DNA of 64,000 nucleotides from an uncultured Erysipelotrichaceae bacterium (GCA_947385085.1 CANDJN010000001.1:73494-137493); one strand, 5' to 3'. Shown: positions 9,560 to 20,622, counted from the stretch's first letter. Translations and numbers: made by a program. Notes: a model not told the origin generated them from the sequence alone.

Positions 9560-10951
9560 ATGGCTTTTGAATCATTAAGCGAGCGCATGAGTAAGGCGTT
9601 TCGTAATATTACCGGAAAAGGAAAGCTGACAGAAAAAAATATGAATGATATGCTGCGAGAGGTTCGCATGTCGCTGTTAGAGGCAGATGTGAATTATCGC
9701 GTAGTTAAGGATTTTATCGAGCGAGTAAAGGAAAAGTCACTTGGCACAGAGGTGATGAGCTCGATCAATCCGGGGCAGCTGGTTGTAAAGATTGTTCATG
9801 ATGAAATTGTGGATTTACTGGGTACTAAAGATGCGCCGTTAAATTATCGCACCAGCGGTATCACCACCATTATGATGGTTGGTCTTCAAGGTACCGGTAA
9901 AACAACGGCGGCGGCGAAGATTGCCAATGTCATCAAAAAGAAACAAAATCGCAAACCGCTGCTGGTGGCCTGCGATATTATTCGTCCAGCGGCAATTGAA
10001 CAGCTGGTGACGCTTGGCAAAGCAATCGACGTGGAAGTGTTTACGCTGGGGGTAGAAACCTCGGCGCTGGAAACAGCACGTCAAGCGATGGATTATGCGA
10101 AAGAAAACCATTATGATACAGTGATTTTTGATACTGCCGGACGTTTACATATCGATGAGGAATTGATGCAGGAGCTGTCCGATATTCAAGCGATGATTCA
10201 TCCTGATGATATATTATTGACTGTCGATGCCATGACCGGTCAGGATATTGTAAATGTTGCCCAGAGCTTTCATGAGCAGCTGGGGGTTACCGGCCTGGTG
10301 CTGACAAAGCTCGATGGCGATTCGCGCGGTGGCGGTATTTTATCGGTGCGCACGATCACGCAGGTTCCGGTAAAATTTGTCGGACTCGGTGAGAAGATTG
10401 ATGATTTGGATGTGTTCCATCCCGATCGCATGGCCGATCGTATTTTGGGCATGGGCGATATTGTTACACTGGTGGAACAGGCGCAGGAAAAGATGGATAT
10501 GGAGGAAGGAGCCAAATCCGCAAAGCGAATGATGAACGGACAATTTACCTTGGATGATATGCTCGTTCAATTCGGTCAGCTGAAGCGCATGGGTTCTTTA
10601 GGCGGAATTATGAAAATGTTGCCGGGTTTCTCGCAGATGTCCCAACAAATTGATGAAGAAAAGGCAGAAAACACGATGAAAATGCGTGAAGCGATCATTT
10701 TAAGCATGACGAAGGAGGAACGGCTGAATCCTTCGCTGTTAAAAGCCTCGCGCAAGAACCGCATCGCCAAAGGATCAGGAACGAAGGTACAGGATGTCAA
10801 TCGTCTTTTATCGGAATTTGAGAAGATGAAACAGATGATGCGGCAGATGTCTAAAATGTCCGGAGGAAAAATGCCGATGGGCATGGGCAATATGAAAGGA
10901 ATGGGCAAAATGCGCGGCTTCCCGGGTATGGGGAAAAAGGGCTGGCGCTGA
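9560..10951 (+). CDS. ffh: Signal recognition particle protein Ffh
   Basis: NG domain GLQGTGKTT, DTAGR, TKLDGD; Met-rich M domain at the C-terminus. Start taken at MAFESL. Confidence 0.95.
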   Translation: MAFESLSERMSKAFRNITGKGKLTEKNMNDMLREVRMSLLEADVNYRVVKDFIERVKEKSLGTEVMSSINPGQLVVKIVHDEIVDLLGTKDAPLNYRTSGITTIMMVGLQGTGKTTAAAKIANVIKKKQNRKPLLVACDIIRPAAIEQLVTLGKAIDVEVFTLGVETSALETARQAMDYAKENHYDTVIFDTAGRLHIDEELMQELSDIQAMIHPDDILLTVDAMTGQDIVNVAQSFHEQLGVTGLVLTKLDGDSRGGGILSVRTITQVPVKFVGLGEKIDDLDVFHPDRMADRILGMGDIVTLVEQAQEKMDMEEGAKSAKRMMNGQFTLDDMLVQFGQLKRMGSLGGIMKMLPGFSQMSQQIDEEKAENTMKMREAIILSMTKEERLNPSLLKASRKNRIAKGSGTKVQDVNRLLSEFEKMKQMMRQMSKMSGGKMPMGMGNMKGMGKMRGFPGMGKKGWR

Positions 10952-10978
10952 GTATTTATGGGTGTCAAGGAAAAATAC

Positions 10979-11007
10979 TTGACACTTAATAAATATATGG
11001 TATAATG
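10979..11007 (+). promoter_or_regulatory. SigA-type promoter for the rpsP operon
   Basis: TTGACA, 17 nt, TATAAT. Confidence 0.6.
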
Positions 11008-11044
11008 ATACTCGTTTGAAGAATAAAAATAGGAGGAATTACTC

Positions 11045-11317
11045 ATGGCAGTAAAGTTAAGATTAAAAAGAATGGGTAAGAAAGGGAAGCCTTTTTACCG
11101 TATTGTAGCGGCGGATTCTCGCTATCCGCGCGATGGTCGCATTATTGAAAGCATCGGTACTTATAATCCGACGACAGATCCGGCTCAAATTACTTTGAAT
11201 AACGAATTGGCTGAAAAATGGCTGAAAAACGGTGCACAGCCTTCTGATACGGTGCGCAGTATTTTATCAAAGCATGGTATCATGAAAAAACTGCACGAAG
11301 AAAAGAACGCGAAATAG
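11045..11317 (+). CDS. rpsP: 30S ribosomal protein S16
   Basis: [26 protein letters not shown]. Confidence 0.95.
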   Translation: MAVKLRLKRMGKKGKPFYRIVAADSRYPRDGRIIESIGTYNPTTDPAQITLNNELAEKWLKNGAQPSDTVRSILSKHGIMKKLHEEKNAK

Positions 11318-11319
11318 TT

Positions 11320-11583
11320 ATGGTTGATTACGAAGCGGTCGTAATGGATCTGGTAAGACCGATGGTTGAAGATAAGGAAAGCCTTTCCGTTAAGCTGATG
11401 CCTTCATTGGATGAGCGTGAGATCCTAGTTTACGTCTATGCCAATAGTGACGATGTTGCACGATTGATTGGACGTAAAGGAAATATGGCTTCCGCAATTC
11501 GTCATATGATGTCGGTTGCTTCCCGTAAGGAAGAAGGCAAGCGCATCAATATCAAGTTTGAATCATATGGAGATGCGCTGTAG
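11320..11583 (+). CDS. KH-domain RNA-binding protein (YlqC-like)
   Basis: Conserved position between rpsP and rimM; IGRKGNMASAIRH GXXG KH loop. Confidence 0.8.
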   Translation: MVDYEAVVMDLVRPMVEDKESLSVKLMPSLDEREILVYVYANSDDVARLIGRKGNMASAIRHMMSVASRKEEGKRINIKFESYGDAL

Positions 11584-11611
11584 AACGCATCTTTTTATGT
11601 GAGGTGAAACA

Positions 11612-12109
11612 ATGGAATACAGAACAATCGGATTAATAGTCGGTACCCATGGAATAAAGGGTGAAATCAAGGTGTTGATAAGAACGGATTTTGTCGCAGA
11701 ACGCTTTGCGCCGGACAAGATAGTCTATTTGGATTACCAAGGTGTAATGCAAAAGTATCGGATTGAAAGAGCGCGTCCTCATAAGGGGACATTGCTGGTA
11801 AAGCTATATGGAGTGGATGATATTAACGCTGTGGAAGCATGGCATGGCTCACGTTTATGTATTGGTGAGGATCAATTACTGCCGATAGATGAGGATGAAA
11901 TCTATTATCATGATTTACTGCATATGCAAGTAGAAACTGTGAATCATGAACCGCTTGGAGAAGTGGTGGAGCTGTTAGAAGGGGGAAAACACCTCATTTT
12001 GCGGGTGCGCGGGGAGCGTGAAAAACTCATTCCTTATGTGAAAGCATTTATCGTGAGTGTTGATCACAAACAGCGAATGTTAACTGTTAATTTGTTGGAG
12101 GGTATGTGA
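11612..12109 (+). CDS. rimM: Ribosome maturation factor RimM
   Basis: GxHGIKGEIKV N-terminus, PRC barrel; synteny with trmD. Confidence 0.9.
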   Translation: MEYRTIGLIVGTHGIKGEIKVLIRTDFVAERFAPDKIVYLDYQGVMQKYRIERARPHKGTLLVKLYGVDDINAVEAWHGSRLCIGEDQLLPIDEDEIYYHDLLHMQVETVNHEPLGEVVELLEGGKHLILRVRGEREKLIPYVKAFIVSVDHKQRMLTVNLLEGM

Positions 12110-12837
12110 TGAAAATAACCGTATGTACCTTGTTCCCGGAATTTTTTGATCAGTTTATCAGCACATCGATCATAAAGCGTGCCATCGATGCCGGAAAAAT
12201 TACCTTTTCCTGTGTGGATTTTCGCGCCTTTACGACCGATAAGCATCGACACGTTGATGATACACCTTGTGGGGGCGGCGCAGGGATGGTATTGATGTGT
12301 CAGCCGATGATTGACTGTTTAAAAGCGGTGCGCACGCCGAATTCATTGGTCGTTATGTTAACACCGCAGGGGCAAACCTTTCATCAAAGCACGGCACATC
12401 ATTTGGCAGCTGTAGATCATCTGATACTGTTGTGCGGCCATTATGAGGGTTTTGATGAACGCATCCGCAGCTATGTGGACATGGAGCTTTCCTTGGGCGA
12501 TTTTGTCTTGACCGGAGGGGAAGCAGCAGCAATGGTCATTTGTGATGCAGTCATTCGTTTAGTGGACGGGGTAATTCTCAGCGAATCCCATGAGGATGAT
12601 TCTTTTGAAAACGGATTGTTGGAATATCCGCAGTATACAAGACCGATTGAATATGATGGTTTACGCGTACCGGAGATATTGTTAAGCGGGCATCATGAGA
12701 ATATTCGTAAATGGCGCTTAAAGGAATCACTGCGCAAAACGCTGCATCAGCGTCCTGATTTATTACAACAGCGTTCCTTAAACAGGGAAGAGACTGAACT
12801 TTTGGCAGAAATCAGGCAGGAAGAAGAAGAAAACTGA
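12106..12837 (+). CDS. trmD: tRNA (guanine37-N1)-methyltransferase TrmD
   Basis: Classic TrmD sequence (ITVCTLFPEFF...LTGGE). Confidence 0.95.
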   Translation: MMKITVCTLFPEFFDQFISTSIIKRAIDAGKITFSCVDFRAFTTDKHRHVDDTPCGGGAGMVLMCQPMIDCLKAVRTPNSLVVMLTPQGQTFHQSTAHHLAAVDHLILLCGHYEGFDERIRSYVDMELSLGDFVLTGGEAAAMVICDAVIRLVDGVILSESHEDDSFENGLLEYPQYTRPIEYDGLRVPEILLSGHHENIRKWRLKESLRKTLHQRPDLLQQRSLNREETELLAEIRQEEEEN

Positions 12838-13557
12838 AATGAAAAGCTTGTTTCTACTTTGAAAAGGGGAAAATGGTAGTGGCATTTACTCTTACAGAAA
12901 AGGGTAGATGCTATTGCTTTTATGGAAAGAATTGAGTGATACTCTTATCTATCAGATGGAGAGATTATCAGAATTTATCGCTGTATTTCTGTATACTCAA
13001 GAGCATTCTTTTGCAGTTTAGGACTAAAGTCCACATGGATATGAAAGATGTACCATTCAGTCTGACAGCCAGTCTGTTCATCGGTACTATTTATTGTTTA
13101 GAAGGTAAGGCTTTAAAATAACCTTATCTTTTTCTATCTTATGAATTGCATAAGCCTTAAGTTTTTCGTATAGGTATTTAGACCATCCCGGCATCCGTTA
13201 AAGGCACTGGGAAATTGATCCCTTCTGGAACATTTGAAAGGGAAGTAATCAGGTAGTCCAAGGTACACGGCCTGCCATACATGCACATACGATAATTGGA
13301 GCATTTAAGAGACATCTTACAAAATCAATTTGCCAAAAGTAGCTTGTCTTTGCCATTTGTTTGTGCGATGGCACTTTTAGGTGATAAATTTTTCACTACG
13401 TAGCTTATCCGTTGCGCAAGGTAGCGTGATAGTTGCTTTACATGAGATAGCACATGTATTATAATTTTTTTAATAATGAATACATTGGAAATATGACTGT
13501 GATCATAACGATAAGGTATGCGTTATCTAATATCAAAAAAAGACGGAGGGATGAACT

Positions 13558-14496
13558 ATGAGTCATGTGATTGAAGTCGATCATTTAACAAAGGAATATA
13601 AAAAGCTGCGAGCTGTCGATGATCTTAGCTTTACGGTGGAAACCGGTGAGATTTTGGGCTTGTTGGGACCGAATGGCAGCGGTAAATCCACCACAATAAA
13701 CTGTATTTTGACATTATTGTCTTATCAAAACGGCAATATTCGCATCTTTGGTGAAGCCATGCGTCCCAATGCTTATGATTTGAAGCGTAAGATCGGTGTG
13801 GTTTTTCAGGAAGTGGCTGTATTTGAGGAATTGAGCGTATATGATAATATCAATTATTTCTGTGGATTGTATATTAAAGATCGCAAGCAGCGCAAGCAAT
13901 ATGTTGAAGATGCGATTGCTTTGGTAGAGCTACAGGATTTTAAAAAATTCATGCCGAAGCAGCTTTCCGGGGGGTTATTGCGCCGTTTGAATATCGCCTG
14001 CGGCATCGCTCATAAGCCGGAACTGATCTTTTTGGATGAACCGACCGTAGCGGTCGATCCCCAAAGTCGTAATGCGATTTTGGAGGGAATTAAAGAGCTG
14101 AATCGCCGTGGCGCGAGTATTGTTTATACTTCTCACTATATGGAAGAAGTCGAGATTTTGTGTGATCGCGTCATCATCTTGGATAAGGGTAAGCTGTTGG
14201 CTTCGGGTACGTGTGATGAATTAAAGAAGCTTGCCAGCATTGAAGAAAAGATCAGCGTGGAAATTCGCGGATTGGATAAAGCACATTATGAGCACATTCA
14301 GGCAATGGAACAGGTGGAATCGGTTAACTACGATGGTCAAGTATTACAGATCATTTATAAGCAAGGACAGGATCATCTCATTGCGCTGATGGGTTATTTA
14401 CAACAGGAGCATATACCATATCACCGCATTTATTCAGAACGTCCGACATTAAATGACGTGTTCTTGGAATTAACGGGGAAGGAGCTGCGCGATTGA
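13558..14496 (+). CDS. ABC transporter ATP-binding protein
   Basis: Walker A GPNGSGKST, signature LSGGLLRRL, Walker B IFLDEPT. Confidence 0.9.
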   Translation: MSHVIEVDHLTKEYKKLRAVDDLSFTVETGEILGLLGPNGSGKSTTINCILTLLSYQNGNIRIFGEAMRPNAYDLKRKIGVVFQEVAVFEELSVYDNINYFCGLYIKDRKQRKQYVEDAIALVELQDFKKFMPKQLSGGLLRRLNIACGIAHKPELIFLDEPTVAVDPQSRNAILEGIKELNRRGASIVYTSHYMEEVEILCDRVIILDKGKLLASGTCDELKKLASIEEKISVEIRGLDKAHYEHIQAMEQVESVNYDGQVLQIIYKQGQDHLIALMGYLQQEHIPYHRIYSERPTLNDVFLELTGKELRD

Positions 14497-15686
14497 TGTT
14501 TTGGCATAATTTTCAATATACATTAAAGACACTTGCCAAAGATCGTATGCTGATTTTCTGGACATTTGCCTTTCCATTGATTTTAGGTACCTTTTTTCAA
14601 ATGGCTTTTGCGAATATTGAGTCAAGTGAAACATTTTCACCGATCGAAATTGCGATTGTAGAGAACGATGCGTGGAAACAGCACACCGTATGGAATGAGG
14701 CATTCGCGCAGATGAGTGAAGAAGGCAGCAAGGATCAGTTGTTTCATACGCGCTATACAGACGAAACAAAAGCAAAAGAGCTGTTGGAAGCCAATGAAAT
14801 CAGCGGTTATGTATGGATCGATGATACTTTGCAGGTCACGGTCAATGGCAGTGGTGTGAATGAGACGATTTTACAGCATGTTTGTGAGGAGATCATGCAG
14901 GTTGAGACATTAAGTGATATGGCAGTGGAAAAGACAATGTCCCAATGGACGCAAAATCCGGCATCGATGATTCAGAATCAGGACTTACAAACCCGTGTTT
15001 ATGATGAAGTCCATGCAATATTAGCACAGGAGACTATCACGATCCAAGATGATTCACCAGATCATATGAGCTATACAATGATTGAATTCTATACGCTCAT
15101 TGCGATGACGTGTTTATATGGAGGAATTCTTGGGATGGTGGCGATGAATCGCAATCTTGCCAATATGAGTGACAGCGGCAAGCGGGTTGCGGTGAGCCCG
15201 GCCTCCAAAGGAAGTCTTGTTTTAAGCAGTGTCAGCGCCGCTTATATAGTACAGCTGTTGGGTCTAATATTGTTATTTGTCTATACAAGCTTTATTCTCC
15301 ATGTGGATTACGGTGATAATTTTTTGGCAGTGGCAGGATTAGCTGTAGTAGGAAGTGTGGCAGGCTTAGCTCTTGGTATTTGTGTCGCAGCCTTGTGTAA
15401 ACAAAATGAAAATACAAAAACCGGCATTTTGATTTCGATAACAATGCTTGGAAGCTTCTTATCGGGTATGATGGGCATAACGATGAAGTATATCGTTGAT
15501 ACGAATTTTGGATGGCTTAATCGCCTAAATCCAGCCGCAATGATCACAGATGGCTATTATTCACTGTATTTTTATGATACAATGGATCGCTATTTCATGA
15601 ATATCATTAGCATGTTGATATTTTCCGCAGTGCTGCTTGTCTTAGCGGCGTTTAAGGTAAGGAGGCAGACTTATGACAGTATTTAA
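14493..15686 (+). CDS. ABC-2 family permease with a large extracytoplasmic loop
   Basis: N-terminal TM, ~170-aa soluble loop, C-terminal TM bundle; coupled to the ATPase. Confidence 0.7.
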   Translation: MMFWHNFQYTLKTLAKDRMLIFWTFAFPLILGTFFQMAFANIESSETFSPIEIAIVENDAWKQHTVWNEAFAQMSEEGSKDQLFHTRYTDETKAKELLEANEISGYVWIDDTLQVTVNGSGVNETILQHVCEEIMQVETLSDMAVEKTMSQWTQNPASMIQNQDLQTRVYDEVHAILAQETITIQDDSPDHMSYTMIEFYTLIAMTCLYGGILGMVAMNRNLANMSDSGKRVAVSPASKGSLVLSSVSAAYIVQLLGLILLFVYTSFILHVDYGDNFLAVAGLAVVGSVAGLALGICVAALCKQNENTKTGILISITMLGSFLSGMMGITMKYIVDTNFGWLNRLNPAAMITDGYYSLYFYDTMDRYFMNIISMLIFSAVLLVLAAFKVRRQTYDSI

Positions 15687-16821
15687 AGCGTTTTTGAAAG
15701 TACTGTATCGCTGTAAGATGCCAATCTTGCTTTATACGATTATCTTATTGTTTTTTAGCGGCTTTCAGATGCAGTCGAGCGACAATAATTTGAGCTTTAC
15801 CGCCAGTAAGCCAAAGATTGCGATCATCAATCATGATGAACACGGCGGTATAAGTGAAAATCTGATGACATATATGGAAAAGCATTGCGAAGTAACGATG
15901 GTTGATGCAACGCAATCGCAACTGGAAGAAGCATTGTTTTACCGCCAGATTCACTATATTATTACGATTCCCGAGCATTTCCACAACGATTTTATGGCAG
16001 GAAAGCAGCCGCAATTAAGCGTGAAAAGCACGGGGGATTATGAAGCAAGCTTGGCGCAATTACAGCTGGAGCGCTATTTGGAAGCGGCAAATGCGGTTCG
16101 CTTACTATCTGTAAGTGAAAGCGAGCTATATGCAAATATGGAAAAGGCATTAAGTAAAAGCATAAGTGTATCTATGAATTCCGAATTGGATACCACAGCT
16201 TTAAGCAAAGCGTCCTTTTACTATAATTTCGTGAACTATGCGCTTCTGGCAGGATGCATTTATGTCATCTGTTTGATCTTATCCAGCTTCCAACAGGAGC
16301 CGGTACGCAAAAGAACGCTCGTGAGCAGTATGAATTTTGCGCGGTATCACCGTCAGCTATTGTTATCAAACAGTGTACTGGCGATCGCATTATGGGCATT
16401 TTATGTACTGATCAGCTTTGTGCTGGTAGGGAATATCATGTTCAGTGAACACGGTCTTGCCTATATCTTAAATTCATTTGTGTTTACACTATGCGCCCTA
16501 GCGCTGGCATTCTTCATCGGCAATTTGGTGACGAACAAAAATGCGATGAATGGAATTATCAATGTGATCGCTCTTGGCAGCAGCTTCTTATGTGGCGCCT
16601 TTGTGCCGATGGAATTCATGCCAGATTTCGTCTTGCGCATCGCCCGAATTTTGCCATCGTATTGGTTTATTCATGCCAATAATTTCATTCAAGAAATCAC
16701 GGTCTTTGATTCTACGGCATGTCAGGAGCTGATGCTTCACATGGGCATTGTGTTGGCATTTGCGCTGCTTTTTGTGATTTGTGCTTATATTGTCGGTCGC
16801 AAGAAACGAAAAATTGCCTAA
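15673..16821 (+). CDS. ABC-2 family permease (second subunit)
   Basis: Same architecture; overlaps the previous gene. Confidence 0.7.
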   Translation: MTVFKAFLKVLYRCKMPILLYTIILLFFSGFQMQSSDNNLSFTASKPKIAIINHDEHGGISENLMTYMEKHCEVTMVDATQSQLEEALFYRQIHYIITIPEHFHNDFMAGKQPQLSVKSTGDYEASLAQLQLERYLEAANAVRLLSVSESELYANMEKALSKSISVSMNSELDTTALSKASFYYNFVNYALLAGCIYVICLILSSFQQEPVRKRTLVSSMNFARYHRQLLLSNSVLAIALWAFYVLISFVLVGNIMFSEHGLAYILNSFVFTLCALALAFFIGNLVTNKNAMNGIINVIALGSSFLCGAFVPMEFMPDFVLRIARILPSYWFIHANNFIQEITVFDSTACQELMLHMGIVLAFALLFVICAYIVGRKKRKIA

Positions 16822-16926
16822 ATATCGGCAAAGATGGTAATGGATCCGCTACTTATGGTTGATAACGAGCAATATATGGGTATGTCACGCTGATTTTGTT
16901 GCACACTAGTGGTAAGGTGTGATGAG

Positions 16927-18093
16927 ATGAAGCGAAAATACTGTATCATGAATTTTCTGGCTTTTTTTGCCATATCAATGGTAAATACCCAAATGATACC
17001 GTTTTTGACTTCAATCGGATACTCGCTCATACAGCGTGGTTATCTTTTGGCGATGAATGCGGTAGTAGCGATCTTCGCTCAGTTTTTGTTTGGCTATCTC
17101 TGTGATAAATATACAAAAATAAAGCCGTTTTTTGCCTTGGCATATGTCTTATTGCTAGTAAGCAGTGTGCTGATGCTTTGGCAAAGTCAACGGCTTTTCT
17201 GGTATCATTTAGGGACGGTGGCATGCAGCGGCGGGATGGTTAAAGTGATTATGGGGTTGAATGAAACATGGATGCTGGAAGCTGACAGTGAGCATTATGG
17301 ACTGCTGCGCTCGTTTGGTGCCCTTGGCCTGACGATCGGTTCGCCGATTGCCGGATGGCTGAGTGATGCGTTTGGCTATTTTGCATTGATTATCGCATTG
17401 AGCGCGGTCAGCGTGTTATGCTTTATTTTCATGGGTATGGCTCAGGATGTTAAAAAAAGCAGTAAGCCAATACAGATGAAATCGTTAGGCAAGCTGCTTA
17501 AAAACGTTCCGTATTTACTGCTTGTAGTAATTTATTTATTAATTTATATGATTGGTACTGCGGATCAATATGTCGTGGTGGATAAATTATTAAGCCTGGG
17601 TGAGAATCGTGCCATGGTGGGATTAAAATGGGCACTGCAGGCTTTTATGGAGGTGCCGTTATTTTTATTGGCAGACAAAATCTTAAAGCGATTTGAATTA
17701 ACGACGCTGCTTTGTTTCGGTACGGTGATGTATGCGATAAAATTCGCACTCTATGCGCTTGGGCAAAGCGGATGGTGGATTATCGCCACAGCATCTTTGC
17801 AGATCGTTACATTGCCGATTGTCATGTTAACAAGCAAGTTATTGATTAAAGCAGAGACTCCAAAGGAATTATCAAGCAGTGCGCAAATGTTTGCCATGGC
17901 GGTGTTTGTGGGCGGATCAGGATTAATCACGCCACTCATAACCTCACGCTTGTGTGATGCATTTGGCTATGATATGACCTTGTGTTTAATTTCTGGTTTT
18001 ACGCTGGCACCACTGGCATTAATATGTTATTATATGCGGCTACAGAAAAGGAAAACAAGGACTTGCGTATCATGTGAAAAATCGGTACAATGA
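16927..18093 (+). CDS. MFS transporter
   Basis: 12-TM hydrophobic profile. Start taken at MKRKY. Confidence 0.7.
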   Translation: MKRKYCIMNFLAFFAISMVNTQMIPFLTSIGYSLIQRGYLLAMNAVVAIFAQFLFGYLCDKYTKIKPFFALAYVLLLVSSVLMLWQSQRLFWYHLGTVACSGGMVKVIMGLNETWMLEADSEHYGLLRSFGALGLTIGSPIAGWLSDAFGYFALIIALSAVSVLCFIFMGMAQDVKKSSKPIQMKSLGKLLKNVPYLLLVVIYLLIYMIGTADQYVVVDKLLSLGENRAMVGLKWALQAFMEVPLFLLADKILKRFELTTLLCFGTVMYAIKFALYALGQSGWWIIATASLQIVTLPIVMLTSKLLIKAETPKELSSSAQMFAMAVFVGGSGLITPLITSRLCDAFGYDMTLCLISGFTLAPLALICYYMRLQKRKTRTCVSCEKSVQ

Positions 18094-18108
18094 TGGGGTA
18101 GGAAGGGG

Positions 18109-18621
18109 ATGGCCTATTTGAAGTCATTTCATTTTGTAAGGCAGGGAAATGATCATTATGATATGCTGGATCATGGTTTCTTGATGTATCGCGGTGAAAT
18201 GAATGCTATGAAAGGATCTCAAACACTGCGTTTGCGTAATTCTTATGATGATGTGATCATTACCATAACCTTGACGACAGGCAATGCCTTTTCCTTGTTT
18301 CATACGCGCAGGGACATGGCGATGAGTGTAGAAATGGAAGATATGAAAGGTCAGCTGATATGGGAGGGGAATCAACTACGATGGCAGCTTCCATCTGCAC
18401 AGTATACTTTTGCCGGAGTGGATCATTCTCCCTATGTGGATATGATTATGAGCCGCGATCAGGAAGTATTGGGATATTCGCAAGGAATGTCCTGCTGGTT
18501 GAAAAGCACGTCCTACAGTGCGGTATTTGCCATGCTGTGGATGTTCATGCAGCAGCGATATAAGCTTCATTTAATTGATGAAGGCACATTTGTAGAGCGA
18601 GTGAAAGAGGCGAAACGATGA
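18109..18621 (+). CDS. Hypothetical protein (170 aa)
   Basis: ORF coupled to the downstream HAD gene (ATGA overlap). No recognizable motifs. Confidence 0.45.
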   Translation: MAYLKSFHFVRQGNDHYDMLDHGFLMYRGEMNAMKGSQTLRLRNSYDDVIITITLTTGNAFSLFHTRRDMAMSVEMEDMKGQLIWEGNQLRWQLPSAQYTFAGVDHSPYVDMIMSRDQEVLGYSQGMSCWLKSTSYSAVFAMLWMFMQQRYKLHLIDEGTFVERVKEAKR

Positions 18622-19397
18622 TACATTGTACAAATAAAACCTTTCTGATTGATCTGGATGGAACGATGTATCGTGGTGATCAAGTGATTCCTGAAGCGAT
18701 CAGACTGATTCAAAGACTTCAAAAGCTCCATATACCTTTTGTATTTGTTACCAACAACGCTACTCGCACACCCCAACAAAATGCGGATCATATGAGAGCG
18801 TTGGGTTTTCACAATATTCAGCCAAAGGCATTTTTTACTTCGGCGATGGCAGCGGCGGCGCATATGAAAAAAATGAGTACCGCCAATAAAGTATTTTGCA
18901 TTGGTGAATCGGGTCTATGGGAAGCGGTAAGAGAAAGCGGCTATGAAATAGATGAAGAAAAGGCGGAACTCGTCTTTGTCGGATTGGATCGACAAGCTGA
19001 TTTTTCGCTTTATTCTCGGGCTGCGTATTGCTTACGGCATAATCATGCGCTGTTGGTCGGTACCAATGGTGATCGGCGGGTACCGCATGGAGATGGCTTT
19101 TTGATCGGAAATGGAGCGGTGCTGGAAATGCTTGAATATGCCAGTGAGGCCAAGCGTGTCACCATCGGAAAGCCCAGTGCGATCATGATGGAGGAAACCC
19201 TCGCGTATATCGGCAAGAGTGCGGATGAATGTGTAGTGTTGGGTGATAATCTGGAAACGGATGTCGCATTTGGAAAGGATAATGGGGTCTTGACGATTAT
19301 GGTAACCAGTGGTGTTCACACACGTGAAGATGCCAGACGATTTCGCATTCAACCGGATCTTTTGATCGCTTCGCTTGATGAATTGCACATAAAATAA
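18618..19397 (+). CDS. HAD-superfamily subfamily IIA hydrolase (NagD/YutF-like)
   Basis: DLDGTMY motif I, VTNN motif II, GDNLETD motif IV. Confidence 0.85.
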   Translation: MIHCTNKTFLIDLDGTMYRGDQVIPEAIRLIQRLQKLHIPFVFVTNNATRTPQQNADHMRALGFHNIQPKAFFTSAMAAAAHMKKMSTANKVFCIGESGLWEAVRESGYEIDEEKAELVFVGLDRQADFSLYSRAAYCLRHNHALLVGTNGDRRVPHGDGFLIGNGAVLEMLEYASEAKRVTIGKPSAIMMEETLAYIGKSADECVVLGDNLETDVAFGKDNGVLTIMVTSGVHTREDARRFRIQPDLLIASLDELHIK

Positions 19398-19433
19398 AAC
19401 ACTGTACCGTACAATGAAAACGGAGGGGTTTTC

Positions 19434-19994
19434 ATGGCGATACAGGATTTTTTTATGCTGTGGCAGGATTTGGGACTCTTTCTGTATGCAGTACTCAAGG
19501 CTTTTTTACCGCTTCCGTCTTTGGAAGTGATTCTAGTTCCTTTGGTGATAGCGAATCCTACCCATTGGCTATGGTATTCGCTGGAAGGAGCACTCGGCAC
19601 TATGATTGGTGGGGGAATCGGCTATGCGATTGCCGATCGTCTTGGTAAAAAAGCATTGAAGAACATTGCGACGGCAGAAGATATTCGAAAGGGCGAGGAA
19701 CTCATGAATCGCTATGGCATATGGGCGGTATTAATTGGTGGAATTACACCGATACCTGATTTTTTATTGGCCTATCTAGCCGGTTTTGCGCATATGCGTT
19801 TTTTTCTGTTTGCACTATGTGATGCGGCTGCGCGACTTTTACGTTCGCTGTTGGTGTGCTACGGCATGATCAAATTAGGTGAAGTGGTCAATGTGGATGG
19901 ATTCGGTACGATCTTCTCATTAATCATCTTTATATGGCTATTGGTTCGCTGGGGGCGTTCTAAATGGCGTCTTCGTAAACAAAGTGATGAATAA
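19434..19994 (+). CDS. DedA/YqaA-family membrane protein
   Basis: Size, TM pattern and the GxxxG-rich central segment. Confidence 0.6.
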   Translation: MAIQDFFMLWQDLGLFLYAVLKAFLPLPSLEVILVPLVIANPTHWLWYSLEGALGTMIGGGIGYAIADRLGKKALKNIATAEDIRKGEELMNRYGIWAVLIGGITPIPDFLLAYLAGFAHMRFFLFALCDAAARLLRSLLVCYGMIKLGEVVNVDGFGTIFSLIIFIWLLVRWGRSKWRLRKQSDE

Positions 19995-20622
19995 AATAGG
20001 GGATGATGTGATCTTCATCCATGAGCTCCGGATGCCATTGTACTGCAATGATCGGTAACTTCTTATGGTAAAGTGCCTCAATGCGACCATCTTCAGCCAT
20101 CACAGCGGCGTGTAAAGAATCACCAAGCTGATTCACACATTGATGATGGTAACTGTTTACGACCGCTTTATGAGTGAGTAATTGGGTAAAAGGAGTCTTA
20201 TCTATCACAGTAACCGAATGTGTATGGGGCATTGTCTCGTGATCAGATTGTATAAAATGCTGGCAGTTGGTTCCACCAAAATATACATTGATGATTTGCA
20301 TACCACGACAAATCCCCAATACTGGCTTATGCTGTTTTACGAAAGCATCCAATAATGTAAAATCATAATGATCCACAGGACGCTGATAAAGTTTTGTCTG
20401 TTCATGAATTGCCTCATGAAAGTAAAAGGATGCAATGTCATAACCGCCACATAATAACAAGGCATCGAATTCCTCAGCTAAGTCGCTCACGGAATCCATG
20501 CGCAGCGGACAAAGGCAGTGCAGGGGATAGGGCTGTAATGAGCGCAGATAGCTTTCATTCACAAAATATTTCCATGCATGATCAATATATTCAATTCGAG
20601 GAGAGATCAAAATTTTTTTCAT
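19960..20622 (-). CDS. Class I glutamine amidotransferase-like protein (peptidase C26 / gamma-glutamyl-GABA hydrolase family)
   Basis: GICRGMQ catalytic Cys elbow; VQWHPE His motif. Confidence 0.8.
   Translation of the reverse strand: MKKILISPRIEYIDHAWKYFVNESYLRSLQPYPLHCLCPLRMDSVSDLAEEFDALLLCGGYDIASFYFHEAIHEQTKLYQRPVDHYDFTLLDAFVKQHKPVLGICRGMQIINVYFGGTNCQHFIQSDHETMPHTHSVTVIDKTPFTQLLTHKAVVNSYHHQCVNQLGDSLHAAVMAEDGRIEALYHKKLPIIAVQWHPELMDEDHIIPYFIHHFVYEDAI

Noticed and set aside
10576-11046. 156-aa minus-strand ORF overlapping the ffh 3' end and the rpsP promoter
   Set aside because: Antisense to a highly conserved gene, no motifs, starts inside the rpsP RBS region; spurious.
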